Shown here: positions 9,636 to 20,000 of the stretch, one piece after another
Layout: the number at the start of each line of letters is the position of its first letter
Position numbering within the stretch: the first letter of the stretch is position 1
Assembly: GCF_004010195.1 (NCBI RefSeq)
Contig: NC_057719.1
Location: 94,243,022 to 94,263,021 of the forward strand
DNA length: 20,000 nucleotides
Source: Chiloscyllium plagiosum
Taxonomy: Eukaryota
Reading direction: 5' to 3'
Translations under genes and position numbers: made by a program
The notes under the pieces: model-generated
The model's input: the letters and a program-made list of their open reading frames with translations, nothing else
Told to the model about the DNA's origin: nothing
Databases searched by the model: none

Positions 9636-10270
9636 TCTCCCTGTCTGTCACTGCAGGAGACCAGCCTTCATTATGAACTAATGCCTGTCTGAATTCGTGT
9701 GTAGGTTGCTGCTGCAGAAGGTATTGATCCTGATCCTGAGTCTGCTTTTAGGTTTTATCCAGGGATTTCTGAAACTCTCTCAGCAGCCTTGGCCCATTTG
9801 TGTTCTGCAGACATCCCTTGTAAAGCCAGAGGTGCAGAAAGGCACTTTTAATCACCGATTGGAGTTGTCTTGTCACCTGGAGGAGATGATGTTTCTGGAT
9901 CCACATCTCTGACTGTCAATGAAGCATCAAATCGGTTATGTCAAATAACCAAACCTGAATCGTGCAGAGTTAGCTGGAGTCGCAGATGGACCAGTGGTCC
10001 CTTGACAAGAGCTTTGCTAAACTGCAGTGACAGGCTGTGTCTGTCAGCAGCTGCCCCGGTTCAAACGCACCATCGCTTGTGTTCTGAACAGGCAGACTAA
10101 ATTATTTAATGCATCCTCACTCACAGCCTGGAGTCCCACAGGCTACACTGAGGCACTGGGACTGGGAGGCAGACAGCAGGTAAACGTGAGCTGTTGGTTT
10201 TAAAGAGTGCTGTGTCCCACATTACAGCACCCCCCTCCCCCACACCCTGTGGGAGTGAGTCCCACATTCC

Positions 10271-10622
10271 CCCTGTGCTATCCCTGTCCTGGGAGTGTTT
10301 GATGGGGGGACAGTGTAGAGGGAGCTTTACTCTGTATCTAACCCCATTCTGTCCCTGTCCTGGGAGTGTTTGATGGGGGCACAATGTAGAGGGCGCTTTA
10401 CTCTGTATCTAACCCCGTGCTGTCCCTGTCCTGGGAGTGTTTGATGAGGGACAGTGTAGAGGGAGCTTTATTCTGTATCTATCTGTGCTGTCCCTGTCCT
10501 GGGGGTGTTTGATGAGGGACAGTGTAGAGGGAGCTTTACTCTGTATCTATCTGTGTTGTCCCTGTCCTGGGAGTGTTTGATGAGGGACAGTGTAGAGGGA
10601 CTCTGTATGTAACTCCGCGCTG
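10271..10622. repeat. 68-71-bp tandem repeat, ~5 copies
   Basis: TCCCTGTCCTGGGAGTGTTTGATG...CAGTGTAGAGGGAGCTTTACTCTGTATCTA recurs at 10281, 10352, 10423, 10491, 10559. Confidence 0.9.
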
Positions 10623-11057
10623 CGCATCACTGTGGCTGTGGGAGCAGAACAGTGTTCCCTTCATGCCGATGGAGTCCTGTGCTTTGCCACAGTATTGTTC
10701 GGCTAATTCCGGTGTGTGTAGGGCTGGATGTGAGCTGAATGTGCCCTGTGCTGAATGACTGACAGAATTGTCGCGCGCACTTTCTAAACAAACCAGCGAC
10801 AGTGCTGAAGCCCTGAGCTCCCTGTGCTGCAGGTCGAGGTGATTGAATGGAGTTAGCATCCTTGCTGGTTTTACATTCTCAGGAACAGGGCTGTTTCTGC
10901 CACTTTGCTGTTCTAATATTTACCTTCAGGATGTCTACAGAGTTCAGATCAATAACTGAGCTGGGTTCCCACTGGCGCTAACAGCATGGCATCTATTCAA
11001 CCAGCTACCCACATCCAACAGAGTGATTTCTCATTGAAAAGCTCACCACACACAGGC

Positions 11058-11166
11058 AGAGAGAGAGAGAGGGGGACAACAATGGGGTCACAGAGAGAGA
11101 GAGGGTCAACAATGGGGTCACAGAGAGAGAGAGAGGGACAACAATGGGGTCACAGAGAGAGAGAGA
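11058..11166. repeat. (GA)n-GGGACAACAATGGGGTCACA unit x3
   Basis: Direct inspection. Confidence 0.9.
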
Positions 11167-11280
11167 GCACCTCACATTTATCTAAGTTAAACATTTATCT
11201 AAGTTAATGCAGCACCTCACATTTATCTAAGTTAAACATTTATCTAAGTTAATGCAGCACCTCACATTTATCTAAGTTAA
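11167..11280. repeat. 45-bp tandem x2.5 containing nested 17-bp ACATTTATCTAAGTTAA x5
   Basis: Units start 11167, 11212, 11257. Confidence 0.9.
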
Positions 11281-11420
11281 ACTCCATCTGCCACTCTTCA
11301 AACCATTGGCCCATCTGATCAAGATTCCGTTGTACTTGGAGGTAACATTTTTTTGCTGTCCACTACACTTCCAATATTGGTGTTATCTGCAAATTTACTA
11401 ACTATACCTCCTATGTTCAT
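11255..11420 (-). mobile_element. CR1 reverse transcriptase fragment (FADD region)
   Basis: Minus strand SKFADNTNIGSVVDS...LDQMGQW..EWQMEFNLDKCEVL. Confidence 0.85.
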
Positions 11421-11860
11421 GGAGATGTATAGCATGGAAACAGACCTTTTGGTTCAACTCATCCATGCCAACCAGATATCCCAAATTAATCTCATCCCAT
11501 TTGCCAGCATTTGGCCCATATCACTCTAACCCTTTCCTCATCATGTACCCATCTAGATGCCTTTTAAATGTTGTTATTGTATGAGCTTCCAACACCTCCT
11601 CTGGCAGCTCGTTCAATACACACATCACCCTCTGTATGAAAACATTGCCCCTTAGGTCCCTTTTATATATTTCCCCACTCACCTTAAACCTACACCCTCT
11701 AGTTTTGAGCTCCCCTACACTGAGAAAAAGACCTTGGCTATTCACTCTATCCATGCCCCTCATGATTTTATAAACCTCTAGAAGGTCACTCATCAGCCTC
11801 TGATGCTCCAGGAAATATAGCCCCAGCCTATTCAGCTTCTCCTGATAGCTCAAACCCTCA
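11421..11860 (-). mobile_element. CR1-type LINE 3' end
   Basis: GLSYQEKLNRLGLY...DLLEVYKIMRG...NELPEEVLEA.TITTFKRHLD. Confidence 0.9.
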
Positions 11861-11864
11861 GTTA

Positions 11865-11965
11865 ATGGGAGCTTGCTGTACTCAAATTGGCTGCTGCCAT
11901 AGCAGTGAAAATAATTGAAAAGTACTTCATTGGCTGTGATCTCCTTTGGGGTGTCCAGAGGCCAG
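11865..11965 (+). mobile_element. DeuSINE-like (SacSINE1/AmnSINE1-type) 3' fragment
   Basis: GGGAGCTTGCTGT..CAAATTGGCTGC...AAAAGTACTTCATTGGCTGT...TTTGGG resembles recalled consensus. Confidence 0.6.
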
Positions 11966-12335
11966 AGAAACAACTTCAAATCACCAGGTTGGACTCAGGC
12001 AGATACAATTCAAAATCCATTCCTGTTGAGCTCGATGTGTTGTCCCCTCCACTGCCATCTTCTACAGAAAACCCTCATTCAGACTGATGCTGAGATCCAT
12101 CCTTCCTCAACACCCAAAGCATTGACTCAGTTTCACATCCCACTGGCCATCCTCCACTACATTGAGCCATTCTTCATGCCTAAGCCTTAGTGCTGTGTTA
12201 GAGACTACTCAACCACATTGGGCATCACAAGAAAGCCCCAAACTCTGATTCACGGGTGTAAATGTTTTTAGATCTGTGCTTCCCTGTTCCAGGAAAGGAG
12301 GGGTGGCACTGTCACTGGAGGATGGGAGCAGGGAG

Positions 12336-12478
12336 ACAAATTGTGCCATAGTGTTAGGTGCAGTAGTCAGGGGCAAATATAGGATAGGGGAATGGGTCTG
12401 GGTGGGTTGCTCTTCGGGGGGTCAGTATGGATCAGTTGGGCCAAAGGGCCTTTTCCCACTCTGTAGCGATTCTAATCG
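12336..12478 (+). mobile_element. HE1-type SINE 3' fragment
   Basis: Similar to 19050-19200. Confidence 0.7.
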
Positions 12479-12479
12479 A

Positions 12480-12710
12480 AAAATGTCTTCCATCATGAGA
12501 GTGGGGAGTCTCTGAGATCCTCTACCACAGAAAGCAGTTGAGGCCAAAGTAATGGAATGAGTTTGATGTCAGACTTGGAGCTAAAGAGAGATGGAAGGAT
12601 GTTGAGGCTAAACAGGAAGAGCCGACTGAGTTGGATGGTCACCCATGGTCACGAAGAATTATGGAGCATGCTCAAAATGGCCGAGGGGCTGACTCCAACT
12701 TTGTAATTTT
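12480..12710 (+). mobile_element. Old CR1 3' end
   Basis: LPQKAVEA remnant and CR1-like 3' UTR. Confidence 0.55.
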
Positions 12711-13411
12711 TCTGTCTCTCTCCCTGTCTGTACCTCGCATTCTATCCACTGCAGGGCCCAAACCTCTGGGTCAACACTGTGCCAGCCTCCCAGATGCCAC
12801 GGATACTGCTGTGTAACACTTGCTGTCCCACTCTCCGCTGTGGTAGCCAATTTGATGCTGTAAACTCCTTGCTCAGTCATTGTTAGCTCTCAACTCTGGA
12901 GAGGCCAGTCAAAATCCCCGATCGTTTACAGAAACAATGAGAGTTCTGTCTCATGACAGCGCCATGAGTCAATATTGTTAAAAATGCATCCCCACAGTTA
13001 ACACAGACTTAACTCGATGTCATAATCTTTATTTTTTAAATGATAAACTTGTCAGGAGTGAATACTCTGGAGGACACAGATGAAGTGTGAGCATCGGTTA
13101 ATCACCTGATTTGTCAGTGAACTGACTGCACCTCTCAACAGCAAGTTTGATTCACACCAACCTCTTTGCCTTTTAATTATTAATTTGCTTCTTAAAAAGA
13201 CTTGTGAATGACTCACTGCAGCTTGGTTTGTTTGGGTGTATGTGTGTATCATATCATTGGCTGCTCCTGTACAGTACAAACAGCAGAGTAAAGCAAATGA
13301 TTCATTCCTGTCTGGCACTGCACTGTAACTTCAGAGGGATTAGTAAACACAGCCACTAGGGAAGGGAGAAGGCCACTCAGTGCATCGGGCTTGAGCCAAC
13401 AATCAATGATT

Positions 13412-13918
13412 TCAGCACTGACCCTCCGACAGTGCGGCGCTCCCTCAGCACTGACCCTCCGACAGTGCGGCACTCCCTCAGCACTGACCCTCCGACAGTG
13501 CAGCGCTCCCTCAGCACTGAACGTCTGACAGTGTAGCACTCCCTCAGCACTGACTCTCCGACAGATTGGCACTCCCTCAGCACTGACCCTCCAACAGTGT
13601 GGCACTCCCTCAGCACTGACCCTCTCACAGTGCGGCACTCACTGAGCACTGACCCTCCGACAGTGCGGCGCTCCCTCAGCACCTCCGACCGTGCAGCACT
13701 CCCTCAGCACTGAACGTCTGACAGTGCGACACTCCCTCAGCACTGACCCTCTGACAGTGCGGCGCTCCCTCAGCACTGACCCTCTGACAGTGCAGCACTC
13801 CCTCAGCACTGACCCTCCGACAGGGCGGCACCCCCCCAGCAATGACCCTCCAACAGTGCGATGCTCCCTCAGCACTGACCATCCGACAGTGCAGCACTCC
13901 CTCAGCACTGACCCTCCG
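13412..13918 (+). repeat. 33-bp minisatellite, ~15 copies
   Basis: Same unit as 9230-9635. Confidence 0.95.
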
Positions 13919-14456
13919 TGAATCCTAGAATCCTCTCACACAGCCACAGGAGGCTAATCTAGAGGACCGTTCATGATATGTAAATAACCGACCTGCCTCG
14001 ATGGTAGGTTGTGAAGCAGTCTAAGAGCTGTTCTGCTCCCTGTGGACCCACAGGGTTAGAGGAGACAGAAATACAAAGAGCCTTATGAAGTCCCGAGGTC
14101 CCACTCAGAGGTGTATGAGCACGTAATCATTCTGTGCGATGCATTATTCAACGGCAGGGACAGCAGCACCAGATACTGAGCCTGTTAAAGCAAGGAATAT
14201 TATTGCTGAACACGGGTTTAATGGGATGTTACCTTGGATATATTAATTGGAGTACAAACACCCTTCCTAGTGCTTAATGAATGGTGTTCACTCAGGCTGC
14301 ATCAGTTACAAGTAATGGGCATGTGGTACAGCCTGGGAGCTCAGAGACGTGGATGGCTAACAAGCTTTTTGGCTCATCTTTATTCTCAGTTAGTATCAGG
14401 ATCGAGGTGTGGAGCTCCACATTTAATAAAGCAAACTCAACCTCCGTGATTTAGTT

Positions 14457-14782
14457 TCAGTGTCAGTGCTAAGGGAGTGCCACACTGTCGGAGGGTCAGT
14501 GCTGAGAGAGCGCCGCACTGTCGGAGGGTCAGTGCTGAGGGAGTGCCGCACTGTCGGAGGGTCAGTGCTGAGGGAGTGCCGCACTGTCGGAGGGTCAGTG
14601 CTGAGCGAGTGCCGCACTGTTGGAGGGTCAGTGCTGAGGGAGGGCCGCACTGTCAGAGTCAGTACTGAGGGAGCACTGCACTGTCAGAGTCAGTACTGAG
14701 GGAGCACTGCACTGTCAGAGTCAGTACTGTGGGAGTGTTGCACTGTTGGAAAGTGTGGTACTCCCTCAGTACTGGCCCTCCC
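14457..14782 (-). repeat. 33-bp minisatellite in opposite orientation, grading into 31-bp variants, with a short inverted unit at the end
   Basis: GTCAGTGCTGAGGGAGTGCCGCACTGTCGGAGG units. Confidence 0.9.
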
Positions 14783-14833
14783 TGATGGAAAGCGAGCACA
14801 TTGGTAACACTCCCTAGCTCCAGTCTGGACACC

Positions 14834-15290
14834 TTGGCTCAGTAGTTAGCACTGCTGTCTCACAGCACCAGGGACTCAGGTTGGATTCCTGCCTTGAGTG
14901 ATTGTCTGTGTGGAGTTTGCACATTCTCCCCGTGTCTGCGTGGGTTTCCTCCAAGTGCTCCGGTTTCCTCCCACAGTCCAAAGATGTGCAGGTTATGGTG
15001 GATTGGCCATGCTAAATTGTCCCATAGTGCCCAGGGATCTGCAGGTTAGGGTGGATTGGCCATGCTGAATTGTCCCATAGTGTCCTGGATGTGCAGTTTA
15101 GGGTGGATTGGCCATGCTAAATTGTCCCATAGTGCCCAGGGATGTGTAGGTTAGGGGGAATTGGCCATGTTAAATTACCCTAAAGAGTCCAGAGATGTGC
15201 AGGTTAGGGTGGATTGGCCATGGGAAATGCAGGGATAAGTAGGGTGGGTTTCTCTTTGGAGGGTCGGTGTGGATTCGATTGGCCAAATGT
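14834..15290 (+). mobile_element. HE1/V-SINE-type SINE with ~5 internal 53-bp units
   Basis: A-box TGGCTCAGTAG (14836), B-box GGTTGGATTCC (14879), V-domain. Confidence 0.9.
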
Positions 15291-15519
15291 CAGGATTCTG
15301 TCTCCTTGACAACGTTTCGCCAGATTCTAACGTCCCAGACCATTCCAGAGTCTGTGCCTCACTTTTCCGGAACTTGTCTCCTGCCTTAAAACTGTATCGG
15401 ATATTAAAATCTTGTGACATAAAACTGAGAACAATATCAGTGAGAGTTCTGGTAAAAAAAAATCTTATTTTCAGAGAGAATTCTGCGGTTTGCAGAGGGA
15501 TTTGAGATATCGATCTGCA

Positions 15520-15752
15520 TTAAAAGTGATATTTACACAGAGGGTGGTTCGCATATGGAGTCAACATCCTCAGGAAGTAGGGGAATTGGGCACAGTTACA
15601 GACATTTGGATAAGGACATGAACAGGAATGGTTTGGAGGGATGTGGGCAAGGAGCAGGCAGTTGGGGCTAGTTTAATTTGGGATTATGTACAGCATGGAC
15701 TTGATTTTCCGAAGGGTCTGTTTCCATGCTGTAGGAATCTATGAGTATGACT
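15520..15752 (+). mobile_element. CR1-type LINE 3' end
   Basis: TTTACACAGAGGGTGGT...GACATTTGGATAAG...GAAGGGTCTGTTTCCATGCTGTA. Confidence 0.8.
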
Positions 15753-15944
15753 AAACTATTATAGAATCCAGCGAGATATCATCACCCCAGTTAAAGGCAG
15801 CGTTGTTATTGATGTCGAACATCCACTGTCTCCCTCCCATGATAGAGGAGCTATGGTTTATTTTCCACACTTGATGTATCTGATTTGAACTCAAAGGCTA
15901 CCTGCCAGTTCATGAACAAACACCCTTCCACTTGTTGAGTGATA

Positions 15945-16176
15945 CGGGTAACCCCACCCCCACAACCCGAAAGCAGAGCATTCTTGCAAAACCGTTTGTG
16001 AACCAAAATAGTGGAAAATCAAGCAGCATTCACTTATATGGAAAAAAATCGCCTTTTTTCGTAAAAGTGAAAATCCTGTTTGGATTTCTTTCAGTTAGCG
16101 AAAACAGGTACTTACGTAGGTCTTTCGTAAAAGCCAATTTGCATAAAGCGAACATTCGAAAAGAAGGGGATACCTG
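15945..16176. mobile_element. Tigger/pogo (Tc1/mariner)-type MITE
   Basis: TA-CGGGTAACCCC ... GGGGATACCTG-TA: 9/11 terminal inverted match, TA TSD, internal TTCGTAAAAG subrepeats. Confidence 0.6.
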
Positions 16177-16199
16177 TATCAGCAATGCTTGTTCAATAC

Positions 16200-16605
16200 T
16201 TAGAGTCATAGAGTCACAGAGATGTACAGCACGGAAACAGACCCTTCGGTCCAACCCGTCCATGCTGACCCAGATATCCCAACCCAATCTAGTCCCACCT
16301 GCCAGCACCCGGCCCATATCCCTCCAAACCCTTCCTATTCATATACCCATCCAGATGCCTTTTAAATGTTGTAATTGTACCAGCCTCCCTCTCCCTATAG
16401 CTCAAATCCTTCAACCCTGGCAATATCATTGTCAGTCTTTTCTGAACCCTTTCAAGTTTCACAACATCTTTCAGATAGGAAGGAGACCAGAATTGCACGC
16501 AATATTCCAACAGTGGCCTAACCAATGTCCTGTACAGCCGCAACATGACCTCCCAACTCCTGTACTCAATACTCTGACCAATAAAGGAAAGCATACCAAA
16601 CGCCT
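16200..16605 (-). mobile_element. CR1-type LINE 3' fragment with internal deletion
   Basis: RLYRTLVRPLLEYCVQFWSP...LSYRER fused in frame to EAGTITTFKRHLD. Confidence 0.9.
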
Positions 16606-16827
16606 ACCTAACTGTTTAAACCTGAATTGTCGAGTTTAGTTTGACTCGTTGAGTTAACAGCCTTGTTTGTTTCCATTGTGGTACTTAAGATGGGACCTCT
16701 ACACTGACTAACCAGTGATTCTAGACTCAACCTATCTGTTACCTTTCTGAACATTGCTTTGCATTAACCCCTGTGTGAAAAGATGGCTGAGAGGTCCATG
16801 TAGTCTCCCAGCACAGAAAGAGCCCAT

Positions 16828-17185
16828 CATTGAATTGAATGGAATTGAGTTTATTGTCCCGTGTACCGAGGTACAGTGAAACGCTTTTTCTTGTGAGCAT
16901 TACAGGCAGATCACAGAGTTAAGTAGCACAGATAAGTAAATATTAGGTAAACAGCAGCAAAAACACACACACAGGTACAGGTGAATGTTAAGAGTTTCCG
17001 AGTCCATTCAGTATTCTAACAACAGGAGGGTAGAAACTGTTTTGAAACCGGCTGGTGCGTGTGTTCAAGCTTCTGTACCTTCTCCCCGATGGTAGAGGTT
17101 GTAGAAAAACATTGCCAGGGTGGGATGGAGCTTTGAGAATGCTGGCGGCCTTTCCTTGACACAGGGCCTGGTAGAGGGATGCTAT
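16828..17185 (-). mobile_element. Rex1/Babar-like LINE 3' end
   Basis: KAASILKAPSHPGNVFLQPLPSGRRYRSLNTRTSRFQNSFYP..VRILN*; AATAAA then (TTCAA)n tail. Confidence 0.8.
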
Positions 17186-17324
17186 TCCAGAACCATTCTC
17201 CAACTCCCATCCTGCAGTGTCAAGTGCCCATCTCTGTATTTATTTGACGTTGAGAGGTTCCCATCCCCTCCCCTCCCTCCCCTTTCAGATGACGACTTCC
17301 AGAAAAAGAGGTGCTTCTTTGTCC

Positions 17325-17662
17325 GATGAAATCACGGCTGACCCTGATTATCCTCAGTTCCACTTGGTTCCCCCTCACTGATTAAAAATCTCTCCACCTC
17401 AGTCTCGAATGTGCTCAATGACCCAGCCTTGACAGCCCCCTGAAGTTAAGGATTCTGCAGGTTCGGTCCCCTCAGAGGGAAAAAATTCTTCGTTCTCTCT
17501 GTCTTAAATGTGTGACCCCTTATTCTGAGATGGTACCCTCTAGTCCCCCACATGGGGAAAAACACCCTCTCCACATCTACCCTGTCAATTTGCCCTGAGA
17601 ATCCTGTATGTTTTCAAAAAGTCGCCTCTTATTTTTCTGAATTCTCATGACCACAGGCCCGA
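17325..17662 (-). mobile_element. Old CR1 fragment
   Basis: Decayed similarity to CR1 ORF2 C-terminal region. Confidence 0.6.
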
Positions 17663-17926
17663 CCATGGAGTCCAGCATTTTAATTCCTCATTCCTAAAGT
17701 TGTTATCTTACTCAATTACCAAGCCTGCTACCCTGTATCTGAGCTGCAATCTTTCATGATGACAGATGCTCGCAAAATCTAAATCCTTTGGCCCTTTGCT
17801 ATCATGGAGTCATCCAGTCACACAGCGGGGAAACGGACCGAGAGGACTGTGGACACTGTAAATCAGAAACTAAAACAGAAATTGCTGGAAAAGCTCAGTG
17901 GGTCAGGCAGCACCTGTGGAGAGAAA

Positions 17927-18570
17927 GAGCTTAAAAATGTGTTGCTGAAAAAGCGCAGCAGGTCAGGCAGCTTCCAAGGAGCTGGAGAATCGACGTTTCG
18001 GGCATAAGCCCTTCTTCAGGAATGAGGAAAGTGTGTCCAGCAGGCTAGGGTTCCCAGGCGGAAGATGAGGCGCTCTTCCTCCAGGCGTCGTGTTGCTATG
18101 GTCTGGCAATGGAGGAGGCCAAGGACCTGCATGTCCTTGGTGGAGTGGGAGGGGGAGTTGAAGTGTTGAGCCACGGGGTGGTTGGGTTGGTTGGTCCGGG
18201 TGTCCCAGAGGTGTTCTCTGAAACGTTCCATAAGTAGGCGGCCTGTCTCCCCAATATAGAGGAGGCCACATCGGGTGCAGCGGATGCAGTAAATGATGTG
18301 TGTGGAGATGCAGGTGAATTTGTGGCGGATATGGAAGTGTCCCTTGGGGCATTGGAGGGAAGTGAGGGGGGAGGTATGGGCGCATGTTTTGCATTTCTTG
18401 CGGTTGCAGGGGAAGATGCCGAGAGTGGAGGTTGAGTTGGTGGGGGGTGTGGACCTGACGAGGGAGTCACGGAGGGAGTGGTCTTTCTGGAACGCTGATA
18501 GGGGAGGGGAGGGGAATATATCCCTGGTGGTGGGGTCCGTTTGGAGGTGACGGAAATGACGGAGGATGAT
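17927..18570 (-). mobile_element. 5'-truncated Penelope-like retroelement: Cys-rich linker + GIY-YIG endonuclease (~18048-18570) and pLTR
   Basis: Open ~175 aa: FPCNRKKCKTC...FTCISTHIIYCIRCTRCGLLYIGETGR...RFREH...PVAQHFNSPSH...RRLEEERLIFRLGTL; TSD AGAGAAA at 17920-17926 and 18571-18577. Confidence 0.92.
17984..18024 (-). ncRNA. Minimal hammerhead ribozyme motif in PLE pLTR
   Basis: CAUUC-CUGAAGA-A-GGGC UUAU GCCC-GAAAC-GUC^GAUUCUCC; core intact, stem I weak (2 bp, mismatch, 1 bp). Confidence 0.65.
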
Positions 18571-18612
18571 AGAGAAATCAGAGTTAATGGTTAGGGTCGA
18601 GTGACCCTTACT

Positions 18613-19513
18613 CAGCACGGAAACAAACCCTTCGGCCCACCCAGTCCGTGCCAACACTATTCCCAAACTAAACCAGTCCCACCTGCCTGCTCCTGGCCCA
18701 TCACCCTCCAACACTTTCCTACTCATGTCCTTGTCCAAATGTCTTTAAAACCCCCAACTCCCTCAGGAAGCTCATTCCACACATGGAGCACCCTCCATGT
18801 AATAAAGAATTGCCCCCCCCCCCCCCAATGTCCTTTTTAAAACCTTCTCCTCTCAACTGCCTCACAGTGCCAGGGAATCGGTTCACTTCCAGCCTTGGAC
18901 GACTGTCTGTGTGGAGGTTGCTCATTCTCCCCGTGTCTGCGTGGGTTTCCTCCCATAGACCAGGGATGTGTAGGTTAGGGTGAATTGGCCATGCTAAATT
19001 GTCCCATCGTGCCCAGGGATGTGCAGGTTAGGGTGGATTGGCCATGCTAAATTGCCCACAGTGTTGAGGGATGTGCAGATTAGGTGCTTTAGTCAGGGGT
19101 AAATTTAGGGTAGGGGAAGGGTTTGGATGGGTTAACCGAGTATCGGTGTGGGCTTGTTGGGCCGAAGGGCCTGTTTCCACACTGTAGGGAATCTATTCTA
19201 TTAAAAGTATACCCCCCCTAATCATGAACTCCCCCACCCTGGGAATAAGGCCTGGGCTGTTCACCTTATCTTCGTTCCCCACTATTTTATAAATATTTAT
19301 AAGGTCACCCTCAACACCCTACGCTCCATTGGAAGAAGTCCCAACGTTTCCAGTTTATTTTAATGACTCAAACCCTCCATACCTGGCAACATCCTGGTAA
19401 ATCTCTCCTGAACCCTCTCCAGTTTAAAAATATCCTTCCTGTAGCAGGGAGACCGGAACTGGACACAGTATTCCAGAAGGGGCCTCACCAATGTCCTATA
19501 CGACCCCAACATC
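18613..19513 (-). mobile_element. CR1-type LINE 3' fragment (extreme tail at ~17800-17839), split by a SINE
   Basis: Same subfamily as 7742-8318; sequence continuous across the SINE (CTCCTCTCA|TTAAAAGTATACCCCC). Confidence 0.85.
18856..19200 (+). mobile_element. 5'-clipped HE1/V-SINE-type SINE
   Basis: B-box-like GGTTCACTTCC, V-domain, ~2.5 53-bp units, tail CTGTAGGGAATCTATTCTA. Confidence 0.85.
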
Positions 19514-19527
19514 CTGTTGGTCGTTAG

Positions 19528-19875
19528 AGGGAGCTAGTGGTGGTTATGGTGTTGTCACCTGACATGTCATTGAGGAGCCCAGGCTCATTCCCAGGAGATG
19601 TTAGTTCAAATCCCACCCCAGGATTTCTCTTCATCCTGAATTCAATGTCCGTAAATCCAGGGCAGTAATGCGAGGGTCTGGGGAGTTTCCCGAGAACCTG
19701 TTGTTAAAAGCTCCTACGTGGTTCACTCATGGTAATCTGCTGTCCTTACCCTGTCCGGGCCTACACGTGACTCCCTACCACCATGGCAACACTGTTGACT
19801 CTTGAATCAAGCAGGGAATCGGTTCAAGGGTCATTAAGGGGGTGTGGGGAGGGTGTAGTGCCCACAGTCCATGCA
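19528..19875 (+). mobile_element. tRNA-derived SINE, same family as 3378-3684
   Basis: B-box AGTTCAAATCC; GGTTCACT...CTGCTGTCCTTACC...GCCTACACGTGACTCC. Confidence 0.6.
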
Positions 19876-19911
19876 GGAGTGGATTGGTGTCTGAGGCTGG
19901 TGCCAGGAAAT

Positions 19912-20000
19912 AAGAGAGAAAGAGAGAGGGAGACAGAGAGAGAAAGAGAGAGAGGCAGACAGCGAGAGAGACAGAGAGAGACAGATTGACAGAGCGAGAG
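19912..20000. repeat. (GA)/(GACA) microsatellite
   Basis: Direct inspection. Confidence 0.95.

Larger units (their letters stand above)
17840..18618. mobile_element. Older PLE pLTR-derived element (17840-17926 + 18571-18618), split by a younger PLE
   Basis: Halves join as ...GCAGCACCTGTGGAGAGAAATCAGAGTTAATGGTTAGGGTCGAGTGACCCTTACTCAG; minus strand keeps stem II GGGTC ACTC GACCC with mutated core. Confidence 0.65.

Noticed and set aside
9697..10100. Unique sequence with short ORFs and a possible acceptor at ~9704
   Set aside because: No recognisable domain or consistent exon boundaries
12705..12816. Polypyrimidine tract + CAG acceptor-like site
   Set aside because: No coding frame or donor support
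14834..14895. tRNA gene
   Set aside because: A/B boxes belong to a SINE head followed by the V-domain
15932..16639. 235-aa ORF
   Set aside because: Chance read-through of a MITE and antisense CR1

Overview
Repeat-dense vertebrate DNA, very probably a shark (inferred from HE1/V-SINE-type SINEs, chondrichthyan-type CR1 LINE 3' ends and associated minisatellites), with two assembly gaps (1970-2005, 6368-6867). Most listed ORFs are artefacts of tandem repeats or TE fragments. The only credible host gene signal is a minus-strand first coding exon (1016->947) encoding a signal-peptide-like sequence, with a promoter-like region at ~1377-1495 and a 36-bp VNTR between them. The rest is CR1, Rex1/Babar-like, Gypsy-like, SINE and Tigger-like fragments plus several Penelope-like element (PLE) derivatives. 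The most notable signal is a set of minimal hammerhead ribozyme motifs (CUGANGA-A-stemII-GAAAC-GUC) in PLE terminal repeats. They occur in short fold-back insertions with target-site duplications (2207-2405, 4518-4748) and next to an uninterrupted GIY-YIG endonuclease fragment (17927-18570). In one copy the sense arm begins exactly at the predicted self-cleavage site. TE family names come from recalled consensus features, not from a search; boundaries are approximate unless a TSD is given.
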